A stretch of DNA of 64,000 bases from Thermodesulfobacteriota bacterium (GTDB lineage: Bacteria > Desulfobacterota > Desulfobacteria > Desulfobacterales > C00003060): the NCBI GenBank assembly GCA_034189385.1, contig JAXHVD010000002.1:160001-224000 (forward strand), given 5' to 3'. A program made the position numbers and the translations under genes. The notes beneath the pieces are model-generated. The model was not told the origin of the DNA and searched no databases. It worked only from the letters and a program-made list of their open reading frames with translations. Below, piece after piece: positions 35,957 through 45,462 of the stretch; position 1 is the stretch's first letter, and every line of letters starts with the position of its first letter.

Positions 35957-38254
35957 ATGTCTAAAAAGAGAAGGGAAAAGCATACGATAACGCATAGAAA
36001 AATGTTGCTCTCGGCAGCAACGGTGCTTTTTGTCTTGGCCGCAGCAGGGGCCTTGTGGGCCTTGTGCCCCCATCCTTATAACCGGCCCACGCCGACGATG
36101 GACTACGTGTCCCAAGAGATCGGCATGTTTGATGGCATATACTCGGAGTACACGGAGCAGGACTGCAGGGGCTGCCACGAGGATAGTGAGGATGCAGTGA
36201 AAAACCGGCACCACGAGACGCCCAGGGGGGACATTTGTGTGGACTGCCACGCCGAAGACCAGTCTGGCGATAAGATAATAATAAGCAACTGCCTGGGTGG
36301 CGAGTCCTGGCAATGCCACGCCACCTATGACAACGGCTGGCACCACGCCACGGATTGGGCATTTAACGAGAATTGTGTCAAATGCCACAACCCGAACCTG
36401 ATTGATGAGATCACGGAATTTTATGACTTCGCAACCTTGCCGCCGTCGCTCGTGGCGCCCACGCCCTTTTCCTGCGAGAACTGCCACTGGGAGCAGGCCA
36501 TCATGGATCAGCCCGGCGACGCCTGCAATCCAGGCCACCCTTCCACTTATGAGCATGTAGACAGTTTCGGGAACCTTGTGGGGTACCATGAATATTCCCG
36601 GTCTATCTATGACAGCCGCCTGAACCACCACATGGGAGGGGAGGGCTTTGCCCTCGGTCAGTGCTACCAGTGCCACTCCCTAGAGCCGACTGATCCAAGT
36701 TGGGACCCCTACAATCCAGAGCTTATCCGTTACTGCGAGAGGTGCCACTCCATAGAGAGGCTCCATGGGATAGAAGCCCACGTGTCAACACAGGCCGGTT
36801 GGGCACCCGTTGGGTTCCATTGGGACCCTGTAGGCAGCGTGCCGGACCCGGGTAACATTGATTGCACCGACCTTGCGCCCACGTATTACCGCACGGGCGA
36901 TGACGGTACTGGCAATGTGGAGCGACTGGACCCTTATGGTGATCCTTTTGATCCTTCCCGTTACTGGGGGCAAGTGCCTTGCAGCCCTCCCAGGACGGAG
37001 GGCTTCTACACGGCCGACGAGCACTGCCTGGCATGCCACGCAGCCGGGCTGCCGCCCTGGGTCCCGGACCCTCCTCCAGCCGTTCCATGGCTTGACACGG
37101 GCCTTGACGGCATCCATCCCAGCCACGGAAGCCCTGTGATGCTTGTCGCCCTAAGGGGAGGCAACTTTGGCGATGAGCACATCTTGGGAAGGGACGTGCA
37201 AGTGGGGATAGATCCGGGAACGGGCTGGGTCTGGATTGACGCACCCATTTATTCCTGGAGTGACACCCTGATTGAGTGGCGGCTGACTGCCGGTCTGCTG
37301 GATCCCGGAAACTACAAGGTGCGGGTGGTGACCGAGGTGGGCAAGAGCAATAGGCGCAATTTTGTAGTAAAAGATCACCCCAAGCTGCTGAGTGCCAATC
37401 CGCAAAATGGACCATGCGACACCTGGATCACCCTTTCCGGGGAATTCGGCAACCAGCAGCAGAAAATGTTTGCTGACGGCTATCACGGTGTCCATCACGT
37501 GGTGGAATTTGAGGGCCCGATTACGACCTATACGGCGCTCAGCTATGCGAACTGGAGCGATACCAGCATTGACGTGATGATTGGAAAGGGCTTCTTAGAC
37601 GAAGTAGATACCTGTGGGGAGCCCGTGGACGGGCGCAATTTTGTCCGCGATGATGGCACGGCGGTTCCTTCCGGTTCCTGCACGGGCCATATCTGTCCGG
37701 AAGAGCCCAAGGTCATAAGCTGCAACGGGATGGCCCTTGGCACCTATGAGATCTGTGTAAAGGCCATCTACTATGGAGATGACGATGGGAGCGGCACCTT
37801 GACTTGCGGCGATATCGTCTTTCACGTGGACAAGAGCGATCCTTTAGACTTTGAGCTCACCAACACCCCCTATATTAACAAGGTCAAGCCCAAGGAAAGC
37901 GAGCGGTGGTTTGAGGAGGATTGCACTTCGGCGTATCCAGGATGCTACGTCATGCACAAGAACAAGATCAAGATCATCGGTGGAAACTTTGGTCCAACGC
38001 AAGGACCTGGTGATGAGGTGCGCTTTGGAAGCCTGGTACACTACACGAAGTACTGCGGCGGCAACACGGAGAAAGGAGAGCTCCTGCCAGTCTCTTTGTG
38101 GAGCAACACCAAAATCAAGGTCAAGTTGAAGGTTGCGGCCGAGTGGGAAGGCAAGAGCAAGTATATCTGGGTCTCTAAAGGCGGTCAGTGCAGCAATCCA
38201 GTGCCGATGGGGATCTTAGAGCCCACCAGCCTGTGCGATCAGTCGTGTCCCTAA
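35957..38254 (+). CDS. OmcZ-like octaheme cytochrome c with C-terminal IPT/TIG-like domains, paralog 1
   Basis: 7 CxxCH + Cx7CH; RHH, WHH, APTP..CENCH, NHH, IRYCERCH...LHGI; then GGNFG...WSDT..IEW...YKVRV...SN; start ATG 35957 or 36002. Confidence 0.82.
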   Translation: MSKKRREKHTITHRKMLLSAATVLFVLAAAGALWALCPHPYNRPTPTMDYVSQEIGMFDGIYSEYTEQDCRGCHEDSEDAVKNRHHETPRGDICVDCHAEDQSGDKIIISNCLGGESWQCHATYDNGWHHATDWAFNENCVKCHNPNLIDEITEFYDFATLPPSLVAPTPFSCENCHWEQAIMDQPGDACNPGHPSTYEHVDSFGNLVGYHEYSRSIYDSRLNHHMGGEGFALGQCYQCHSLEPTDPSWDPYNPELIRYCERCHSIERLHGIEAHVSTQAGWAPVGFHWDPVGSVPDPGNIDCTDLAPTYYRTGDDGTGNVERLDPYGDPFDPSRYWGQVPCSPPRTEGFYTADEHCLACHAAGLPPWVPDPPPAVPWLDTGLDGIHPSHGSPVMLVALRGGNFGDEHILGRDVQVGIDPGTGWVWIDAPIYSWSDTLIEWRLTAGLLDPGNYKVRVVTEVGKSNRRNFVVKDHPKLLSANPQNGPCDTWITLSGEFGNQQQKMFADGYHGVHHVVEFEGPITTYTALSYANWSDTSIDVMIGKGFLDEVDTCGEPVDGRNFVRDDGTAVPSGSCTGHICPEEPKVISCNGMALGTYEICVKAIYYGDDDGSGTLTCGDIVFHVDKSDPLDFELTNTPYINKVKPKESERWFEEDCTSAYPGCYVMHKNKIKIIGGNFGPTQGPGDEVRFGSLVHYTKYCGGNTEKGELLPVSLWSNTKIKVKLKVAAEWEGKSKYIWVSKGGQCSNPVPMGILEPTSLCDQSCP

Positions 38255-38328
38255 TAGCCTTTCCTTTTCCCTCACTATTACAACGGTTCAGTGGCTGCCG
38301 TGAAATGATGAAGTGATGGAATGGCGGA

Positions 38329-39987
38329 ATGATGGGTTCAGAGGAAGAAAAAGAAATGATGTGCAATGGTCTCTCCCGCTTTTACCCCATTATTCCATTA
38401 TTCCATTATTCCACCACCCCAACGATTCCCACTAAAGCAAAGCCTCCAATCTCATTTTACCTTGTTTGGCTCCTTGCGTTCATGCTGTCTCTTACGGGCT
38501 GCCGTCACCAATCCGGGGGGACGAAGGAGGCTGTTGCGCAGACAGATCCAAAGGTCGTGGCCATGATCGGAGATGAGGCAATCATGAGGCAGGACCTTGA
38601 GAACGCCATGAAGCGGTTACCGCCGCGCAGAGGGGAAGGATATCGTGGCAGGGTCCTTGATCGTTTAATAAGAGTAAGGGTTTTTTCTGAGGCAGCAAAA
38701 AGGGCGGGACTGGACAAGGATCCAGAGACCCAGGGGGATCTGGAGCGGGCTCAACATGAGATCTTAGCCCGATCTTTTATTGCCAGGCATGTGGACCAGC
38801 AGGCAGTGCCGTCAGAAAAAGAGTTGAACCAGTTCTACCTGGCACAGAAGAAGCAGTTCATGATCCCCGAAGGGGTATTGATGCAGCATATCGTCGTCAA
38901 GAAAAAAGAAGAGGCCGAAGCCATATTGGGGAAGTTGAAGGAGGGGGCCTCTTTTGAGGAGCTGGCTAGGAAAAGATCGATTGCCCCTTCATGGAAAAGT
39001 GGAGGGCTCTGTGGGTGGCTCTTTAAGGGGAGGATGGAGCCGGAACTGGAGAAGGTGGCCTTTGAACTGGACAAAGCGGCACTGAGTGACGTCATAGAGA
39101 CGAACAAGGGTTTCCAGATTATCAAGGTGTTAGAGAGACGGGACAAGAGAGAGCTGGGTTTTGAAGAGGCAAAGGCAAAGATATCCCATACATTATTGGC
39201 GAAAAAGAAGAGGCAGCTTATTCATCAGTACTACAAAGAGGCAAAGGTAAAGAGAAATCCTACTGAGGCGGGCGTGCTGGCCAAAGTGGGAGACGATGCC
39301 TTGACGGGAGAGAGCCTTGCGCCCATTTTGGCCAAGGTGTCGGAAAAGGAGAGAGGAGCGATCCGGCGCCGATGGATCGACTACTTCATAGAAAAAGAGG
39401 TCTTCTCAAAGGAAGCGAGAAAGGTGGGGCTCGAAAACGATCCAGAGGTGGCCTATGAACTTGAGAGAAGAAGGGAAGAGGTCCTGGCCGATGCCTTTGC
39501 TAAACAGTTTATCACTCAGAAATACCCAATCAGTGATAGGGACATAGCGGGGTATTATCAAGCCCACCTGGAAGAGTTCCAGAGACCGTTGAGGATGAGG
39601 GTGAGATCCATACGGGTGGAGACGAGAAAAGAGGCAGAAGAGATCTTAGAAGCGCTACATGAGGGGGCTTCCTTTGAACGTCTGGCCATGAAAGAGTCCA
39701 TTCACCCTGCAGCCCCCCTGGCGGGAAATATTGGCTGGTTCGGTAAAGGAGAAAAGGACGCTGCACTGGAAAGGGCCGCCTCTTCACTGGAAAAGGGGCA
39801 GATCAGCGACATCGTAAAGACAGGGGCTGGCTACGAGATACTAAAACTGACGAACAAAAAGGGCGGTGAGGTCAGGCCCCTTGAAGAGGTGGAGAAAGGG
39901 ATAAGGATAAAATTGACGCAGCAAAGATTCGAGCGGGAAAGGCAGCATTATTATCAGGAGGCAAGGGTGAGAATCTTGGACTCATAG
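38329..39987 (+). CDS. Lipoprotein with two PpiC/parvulin PPIase domains (start uncertain)
   Basis: LTGC lipobox; two GASFE.LA...S......G..GW units. Confidence 0.88.
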   Translation: MMGSEEEKEMMCNGLSRFYPIIPLFHYSTTPTIPTKAKPPISFYLVWLLAFMLSLTGCRHQSGGTKEAVAQTDPKVVAMIGDEAIMRQDLENAMKRLPPRRGEGYRGRVLDRLIRVRVFSEAAKRAGLDKDPETQGDLERAQHEILARSFIARHVDQQAVPSEKELNQFYLAQKKQFMIPEGVLMQHIVVKKKEEAEAILGKLKEGASFEELARKRSIAPSWKSGGLCGWLFKGRMEPELEKVAFELDKAALSDVIETNKGFQIIKVLERRDKRELGFEEAKAKISHTLLAKKKRQLIHQYYKEAKVKRNPTEAGVLAKVGDDALTGESLAPILAKVSEKERGAIRRRWIDYFIEKEVFSKEARKVGLENDPEVAYELERRREEVLADAFAKQFITQKYPISDRDIAGYYQAHLEEFQRPLRMRVRSIRVETRKEAEEILEALHEGASFERLAMKESIHPAAPLAGNIGWFGKGEKDAALERAASSLEKGQISDIVKTGAGYEILKLTNKKGGEVRPLEEVEKGIRIKLTQQRFERERQHYYQEARVRILDS

Positions 39988-40047
39988 GCAGCCTGTTTTC
40001 TCTTCGCCGTTTCTTTTATAAAGAGCTGGCTTAAAACTATGGGGGTA

Positions 40048-40106
40048 TGAACCGAACAAGCGAGCGCATTGTCCACAGGAGAGCTACCGCAGCCCTCGTA
40101 GGTTCA
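40048..40106. repeat. Partial copy of the insert nested at 5048-5170
   Basis: TGAACCGAACAAGCGAGCGCATTGTCCACAGGAGAGCTACCGCAGCCCTCGTAGGTTC. Confidence 0.7.
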
Positions 40107-40519
40107 ATATCCTCGGCTGCGGGACAATGGGTTGTCAGGTCACTTAAACTAGAACCCTAATGCAACCAAAATGCGTGCCCTATCATTTGTAAGCTGGCGA
40201 TCAGCACGGCTTTTCAAGTGACACATGGAATTGTGACAGTTCTACAATGATAGAGATATAAATAGGTTTGCCGAAGTGCTTCAAAAACATTTTTCTTCGC
40301 TTGGTTTGCCACTTTTTACAGGCTCTAAGTTCGCTCCGCTAGCACTGCAAAACTCACCGCCTTCGGCGGTTCAAACAGTTCCAGTGCTAACGCTCCACTT
40401 CACTAAGAGCCTCTACAAAAGGTGTCAAAAATCGCTCAGAAAAAGTTCTGAAGCTTTTCCGGCGATGGTTATGGCTCAATTGGGGTAGAAAAACCACCAT
40501 TTCATACAGGAGGTTGCCC

Positions 40520-40855
40520 ATGTTTGGACTGGGTGTGCCGGAACTTATCATTATTGCCCTGATCATCCTGATTCTCTTCGGGGCTAAGCGTCTTCCGGGC
40601 ATTGGAACGGGACTTGGCAAGACGGTAAAAGAGGTGCGTCACATCCAGGAGGAATTGGGGGAGGACAAGGGGAAGGGAAAAAAGGCTGGGGAAAGTGACG
40701 ACCCCCCGTCAGAGGAGAGCAAGGGTCTTGAGGGCAGGCTGGCCCACTCTCTTCAACAGAAGCTCACTGGTAAGGTGATTGAACGGGTCCCTGGCATAAG
40801 GCAGGCCAAGCAACTAAAAGACAAGGCTGATAAGATCAAGAGGATTGTCAGTTGA
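40520..40855 (+). CDS. tatA: Twin-arginine translocase TatA/TatE-family subunit, long form
   Basis: MFGLGVPELIII...LFGAKRLP.IG.GLG. Confidence 0.88.
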   Translation: MFGLGVPELIIIALIILILFGAKRLPGIGTGLGKTVKEVRHIQEELGEDKGKGKKAGESDDPPSEESKGLEGRLAHSLQQKLTGKVIERVPGIRQAKQLKDKADKIKRIVS

Positions 40856-40885
40856 GGTGTTGCAGTGAGCCCCTCCGCCCTTACG

Positions 40886-40976
40886 TTCGGTGATTGCCCT
40901 GTGTAAAAATCAGGTCTTTTCACACGGAAAATGAGTGGTTCTCCCAATTGTATTCTTAGTGACGTCGGTGTAATTC
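40886..40976 (+). promoter_or_regulatory. Three-box operator + promoter, copy 7 (before third kinase)
   Basis: Boxes at 40886/40909/40931, TTGTAT 40948. Confidence 0.65.
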
Positions 40977-41087
40977 CTACATAATGGCCAAAGTAGCAGG
41001 ATGCTGGTGATTTCATGTCAAAAAAGAGGGTCTGATTCCAGGTATTCGGGGTGCATGCAGTTTTGAGGAAGACGCGGAATGTGAGGC

Positions 41088-41921
41088 ATGACACCCCCTG
41101 GAAAGGATGCATGTAGGATGGCCCAGGTTATGGACAGCAAATCGAATCTGTTTCGTCATGAGCTTTCCTGGAATCCCATGGAGGAGGCTCGCCATGATCT
41201 TAGGTATCACCTTAAGATCATAAGCGATGTGACGGAAGCCAGAATGCTACGGAGGAGAATAAGAGCCTCTGAAGAAGCCTATAGAAAACAAATTTCTCGG
41301 GAGCTCCATGATGGGATCGGTCAGGCGCTCAACACCATGGGCTTGTATGTTTCGTTAGCCAAAGAGACGTTGGGACAAAACCAGCAGGCCGTCATGGAGC
41401 ACTTGTCCAAGCTGGAATCGCTCTTGGAGCGAACGGTAGACGAAGCCCATAGGCTGGCCATGAACATGCGGCCTTCTGTGCTGGATGACATGGGCCTCGT
41501 TCCGGCCCTGCGCTTTCTCTGCAAAGATGTTGGAACCAGGACCGGTATGGACATTCATATGAGAGCAAACCTGGCGCAAAGGCTTCGTGACAGAGAGGTA
41601 GAAACAGCCCTTTATCGAATGACTCAGGAAGGCCTGTGTAATATCGAAAAACACGCAAGTGCGACCCGGAGCGTCATCAAACTGGATCAAAGGGACTCGA
41701 GGTTGATTTTACGCATTCAAGACAATGGGTCAGGTTTTGATGTGCAAGAAGCCTGGAACCGAGGCATGGGCTTGATGGGCATGCAAGAGAGGGCTTCTCT
41801 GCTGGGAGGTCAGGTGACCATCAAGTCCCAAAGAGGTCAAGGTACCGAGATAAGAATCGAAGTCTTCCATAGAAATGTGAATGGAACAGAGGTGGGGCCG
41901 TGTCCGCGCTTACTATTCTGA
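41088..41921 (+). CDS. Short HisKA_3 histidine kinase with almost no sensor region
   Basis: RELHDGIGQ, RPSVLDDMGL, NIEKHA, DNGSGF, GMGLMGMQER. Confidence 0.85.
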   Translation: MTPPGKDACRMAQVMDSKSNLFRHELSWNPMEEARHDLRYHLKIISDVTEARMLRRRIRASEEAYRKQISRELHDGIGQALNTMGLYVSLAKETLGQNQQAVMEHLSKLESLLERTVDEAHRLAMNMRPSVLDDMGLVPALRFLCKDVGTRTGMDIHMRANLAQRLRDREVETALYRMTQEGLCNIEKHASATRSVIKLDQRDSRLILRIQDNGSGFDVQEAWNRGMGLMGMQERASLLGGQVTIKSQRGQGTEIRIEVFHRNVNGTEVGPCPRLLF

Positions 41922-42577
41922 TCGCTGATGACCACACGCTCTTTCGCCAAGGGGTGATGAGTCTTTTGGAAAAACACGCCCATATCAAGGTCATCGGCGA
42001 AGCGGCTACTGGTCAGCATGCCTTGGAGCAGATGAGGAAACTAAAGCCGGACCTGGTTATTCTGGATATTTCCATGCCCGGCCTGTCAGGTCTGGACATT
42101 ATTGCCCGTATTAGAAAGATCAACCCCCGCACAAAGGTCTTGATTCTATCCATGTATGAGAACGAGGAATACCTTTATCGGGCGTTGAAGGCAGGTGCTT
42201 GTGGTTATGTCCTGAAAAAAATGGCAGCCAGGGATCTGCTTTCGTCCATTGCAGCTGCTCAAGCTGGCGAGGTGTACCTGAGCCCCTCCATGTCAACCCA
42301 CGTGGTCAAGAGGTATCTCCTGCATGACAGCCCGGAGGGAAAGGATCTGACAGACCATTTGTTGACGGCTCGAGAACGTGAAATTTTAAGACTGCTCTGC
42401 CTGGGCAAGGATAACAAACAGATCGCGGGGCTCCTTGATATCAGCTACCGCACGGCACAAACGCATCGGGCGAAGATTATGAAAAAGCTGAATGTACGCA
42501 CCTTGCCCCACCTTATCGGCTTTGCCATTCGCTCAGGGATCACGACGACGGAGGAGCTGATGTGCTGTCCGGAATGA
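41900..42577 (+). CDS. NarL/LuxR-family response regulator 4
   Basis: IADDH, LDISMP, LTAREREIL. Confidence 0.93.
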   Translation: MSALTILIADDHTLFRQGVMSLLEKHAHIKVIGEAATGQHALEQMRKLKPDLVILDISMPGLSGLDIIARIRKINPRTKVLILSMYENEEYLYRALKAGACGYVLKKMAARDLLSSIAAAQAGEVYLSPSMSTHVVKRYLLHDSPEGKDLTDHLLTAREREILRLLCLGKDNKQIAGLLDISYRTAQTHRAKIMKKLNVRTLPHLIGFAIRSGITTTEELMCCPE

Positions 42578-42994
42578 AGGGGGCTGAATCCAGGTTGAGA
42601 CCGTTACTTGAGATCTGGTTATACGACGAAATAGGTATTTCAAGGCAAAAGTGTGCTTATAGCAGGCAAAATCGTTTTGTACGAAGCGGTGCATTCGGAG
42701 TCATTTCAGCGGAGTAAATCACGGAGACAGAGGAGTAACTGATTATGATTCAAAGGAAAACAGCCGCAAGGGTGGGGATTACTTCATGGGGCTGCGGCGC
42801 CTTGCTGTCGGGTGCTTGTTGCGCTATAGGCAAAAAGGTATGAGTGAAGACATGTGTTGCGAGTCTTTTGCGAGAAGAACAATCTTAAAAAAAGCCTGAG
42901 GAAAGGGGGTGCGACTCTAGGGTTGGGGGAGGAATTTTGACTATTCTAATAGGGTGAAAACTGTGAGGGTTTTTGAAGAAGGGAGGAAGACATC

Positions 42995-45319
42995 ATGAGT
43001 AAGAGGACATGTGTATTACTTTTGGGGGCGGTGCTGCTGGTTCTTGCTGCGGCTGGAACCGTGGGGGCCCTGAATGCTGCCTACAATCGCCCGAATCCCA
43101 CCATGGACTACGTGCCCCAAGACAGGGGGATCTACGATACCATGTACTGGGAATACAGCGGTGATTGCGGTTGCCGGAGCTGCCACGGAAATAGCACGGC
43201 AGACAGACACCACTATACGCCCATTGTTTTAAGGGACAAGTTGTGTACGGTATGCCATCCCACATGTACCCCAGGTACTCCAGATTGTGAGAACGGGGTC
43301 TTGATCATCAGGGATTGCACGACCTCCGGTTGCCACAGTTGGGCTGATGCAGGACCAAAGGATGAAAAAGGAACCTTTGATCCTGCCAACGACAAAAACG
43401 GTTGGCATCACAACACGGATATGGCTGCCGCCGAGAACTGCACCGGCTGCCACAACCCAAACCTGGTTGAAGAGATCAGTGACTTTAGAGACCACCAGAT
43501 GTATCCGCCAACGGTAGTGACTCCTTCGCCCTTTTCTTGTGAGAACTGCCATTGGGAGCAAGCCCTGGTGGCCGGCACGGGTGATTGCGATAATCCGGGA
43601 CATCCATCGACCTATGACCACGTAGATAAGTGGGGAAACACTATAGGCTTCTATGAGTACAACAAGCCCATCTTCGGAAACTTTGATACCCACCACATGG
43701 GATTCAAGGGCGAGGTGGCCCAAGACTGCTCCAAGTGCCACTCTCAAGATCCTGACAACCCAAGTTGGGATCCCTATAACCCGGAGCTTGGACGCTATTG
43801 TCAGATATGCCACAGCATGCGCACCCTGCATACCATAGATCCTCATGTGGACGTCCATCCTGGGTGGTTTCCTGTCGGGTTCCATGCAAACGACAACGAT
43901 CTTGACGGCTTGATCGATGAAGATGATATCGACAGCCTAGACAATGATGGTGACGGCTATGTGGACGAAGATCCACCGGGTACGCTCGGCCCCGACCCAT
44001 TTGTCTATGCCACTTGGGATGCCTCAAGCCCTCCCGGGGTTTGTGATCCTGAGCAATACCCGGGCTACACCGCTGATATGCAGTGCTGGGGATGCCACGC
44101 CGACAATGTGCCTCCTTATGACGGAGACATTGGCTGTCAGCCTTGGATTGATACTGGTGCAGATGGCTTAATCCCCATTGCCGGTAGCTGTGGTCTGCAG
44201 GTGACCATCAGAGGCGGTTGCTTCGGCGATGAACAGATCGTGGGCCGGTCAGTGCAATTAAAAGTCGCGCCCCTCACTTGGATAGAGATGCCAGTGCACG
44301 CCTGGACAGACAACGTGATCGAGTGGGAGGTGCCGTGCTGGACCTTAGCCGCTGGAAACTACAAGGTACGCGTGGCCACGGAAGAAGGAAACAGCAATGC
44401 TTTAAACTTTACCGTAAAGGACCATCCCACGTTGACCGGTATCAGTCCCGCTGCAGGAGGCTGCGGCACGTCGATCACGCTGACTGGAAGCGGCGGGTTT
44501 GCGCCCTCTAGAAAGACAGCGCCTTCGGTGGCAGATCCCACGAATTCATACTATGGCATCTACCACACGGTAGACTTTGTCTCCTCGCAAGGCACCTATA
44601 CGGTCAACAATGACATGTTTACCGCATGGAGCGACACGAGCGTCACGCTCACGCTCCAAAAGGTCTTCGTGGACGAGGTAGATACCTGCGGCGACCCCAC
44701 GGACAAGCGAAACTTCGTCCGCGATACTGGCGCCACGGTTCCTGCCGGTGCTTGTAACGGCCATGTCTGTCCTGAAGAGCCTAAGGTGGACAACTGCGAG
44801 TGTCTGGGCCTTGGTGTCTATCAAGTGTACATGAAGGCCATCTACTACGGTGACGAAGACGGCAGCGACACCTTGACCTGCGGCGATATCATCTTCCAGG
44901 TCGAAAAGAGTGATCCCGTGCAGTTTGAGCTTGTCCAGGCCCCATTTATTAACAAGGTCAAACCCAACCCGTCTGAGCGGTTTTTCTACGAGGACTGCGG
45001 CGGCGGTTGCATTATGCTGCACAAGAACATTGTCAAGATCATCGGCTACAACTTTGGCCCAACGCAACAAGCCGGTGACGAGGTGCGCCTTGGGAGCATG
45101 ACCCAGTACGACGATAATTGTACCGGTGTCAATCCCGACGCTGGCAAACCCCTGCCGGTCAAGATGTGGAGTGCGACCAAGATCAAGGTCAAGCTGAAGG
45201 GCAAACCGGAATGGGACGGCAAGACCAAGTATCTCTGGGTCAAGAAAGCCGGTGTATGTAGCGCCCCAATGCCCGTAGGGATCTTGGATCCCATCTCTCT
45301 GTGCGGCATGTGTCCATAA
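42995..45319 (+). CDS. OmcZ-like octaheme cytochrome c with C-terminal IPT/TIG-like domains, paralog 2
   Basis: Signal peptide; 7 CxxCH + Cx4CH; GIYDT, RHH, WHH, VTPSP..CENCH, KPIFGNFDTHH, RYCQICH...LH. Confidence 0.85.
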   Translation: MSKRTCVLLLGAVLLVLAAAGTVGALNAAYNRPNPTMDYVPQDRGIYDTMYWEYSGDCGCRSCHGNSTADRHHYTPIVLRDKLCTVCHPTCTPGTPDCENGVLIIRDCTTSGCHSWADAGPKDEKGTFDPANDKNGWHHNTDMAAAENCTGCHNPNLVEEISDFRDHQMYPPTVVTPSPFSCENCHWEQALVAGTGDCDNPGHPSTYDHVDKWGNTIGFYEYNKPIFGNFDTHHMGFKGEVAQDCSKCHSQDPDNPSWDPYNPELGRYCQICHSMRTLHTIDPHVDVHPGWFPVGFHANDNDLDGLIDEDDIDSLDNDGDGYVDEDPPGTLGPDPFVYATWDASSPPGVCDPEQYPGYTADMQCWGCHADNVPPYDGDIGCQPWIDTGADGLIPIAGSCGLQVTIRGGCFGDEQIVGRSVQLKVAPLTWIEMPVHAWTDNVIEWEVPCWTLAAGNYKVRVATEEGNSNALNFTVKDHPTLTGISPAAGGCGTSITLTGSGGFAPSRKTAPSVADPTNSYYGIYHTVDFVSSQGTYTVNNDMFTAWSDTSVTLTLQKVFVDEVDTCGDPTDKRNFVRDTGATVPAGACNGHVCPEEPKVDNCECLGLGVYQVYMKAIYYGDEDGSDTLTCGDIIFQVEKSDPVQFELVQAPFINKVKPNPSERFFYEDCGGGCIMLHKNIVKIIGYNFGPTQQAGDEVRLGSMTQYDDNCTGVNPDAGKPLPVKMWSATKIKVKLKGKPEWDGKTKYLWVKKAGVCSAPMPVGILDPISLCGMCP

Positions 45320-45330
45320 TGACCCCTAAC

Positions 45331-45408
45331 CTGGAAGGAGGGGTTGATCCCTCCTTCCAGCCAGATTGAACTAAAAAGGGGGAAGGGAGCTTTCCTTCCC
45401 CCTCCTTT
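45331..45408 (+). terminator. Tandem hairpins between cytochrome and PPIase genes
   Basis: CTGGAAGGAGGG/CCCTCCTTCCAG and GGGGGAAGG/CCTTCCCCC. Confidence 0.6.
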
Positions 45409-45462
45409 CGAGCATTTTATTCGAATTTCTGATTTCCCGCTTACCTTCATGCGGGATGGGTT

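Noticed and set aside
42750..42800. c-di-GMP-I/GEMM riboswitch before the octaheme gene
   Set aside because: Only a weak GCAA-capped stem; the conserved GCAAA junction and second helix are missing
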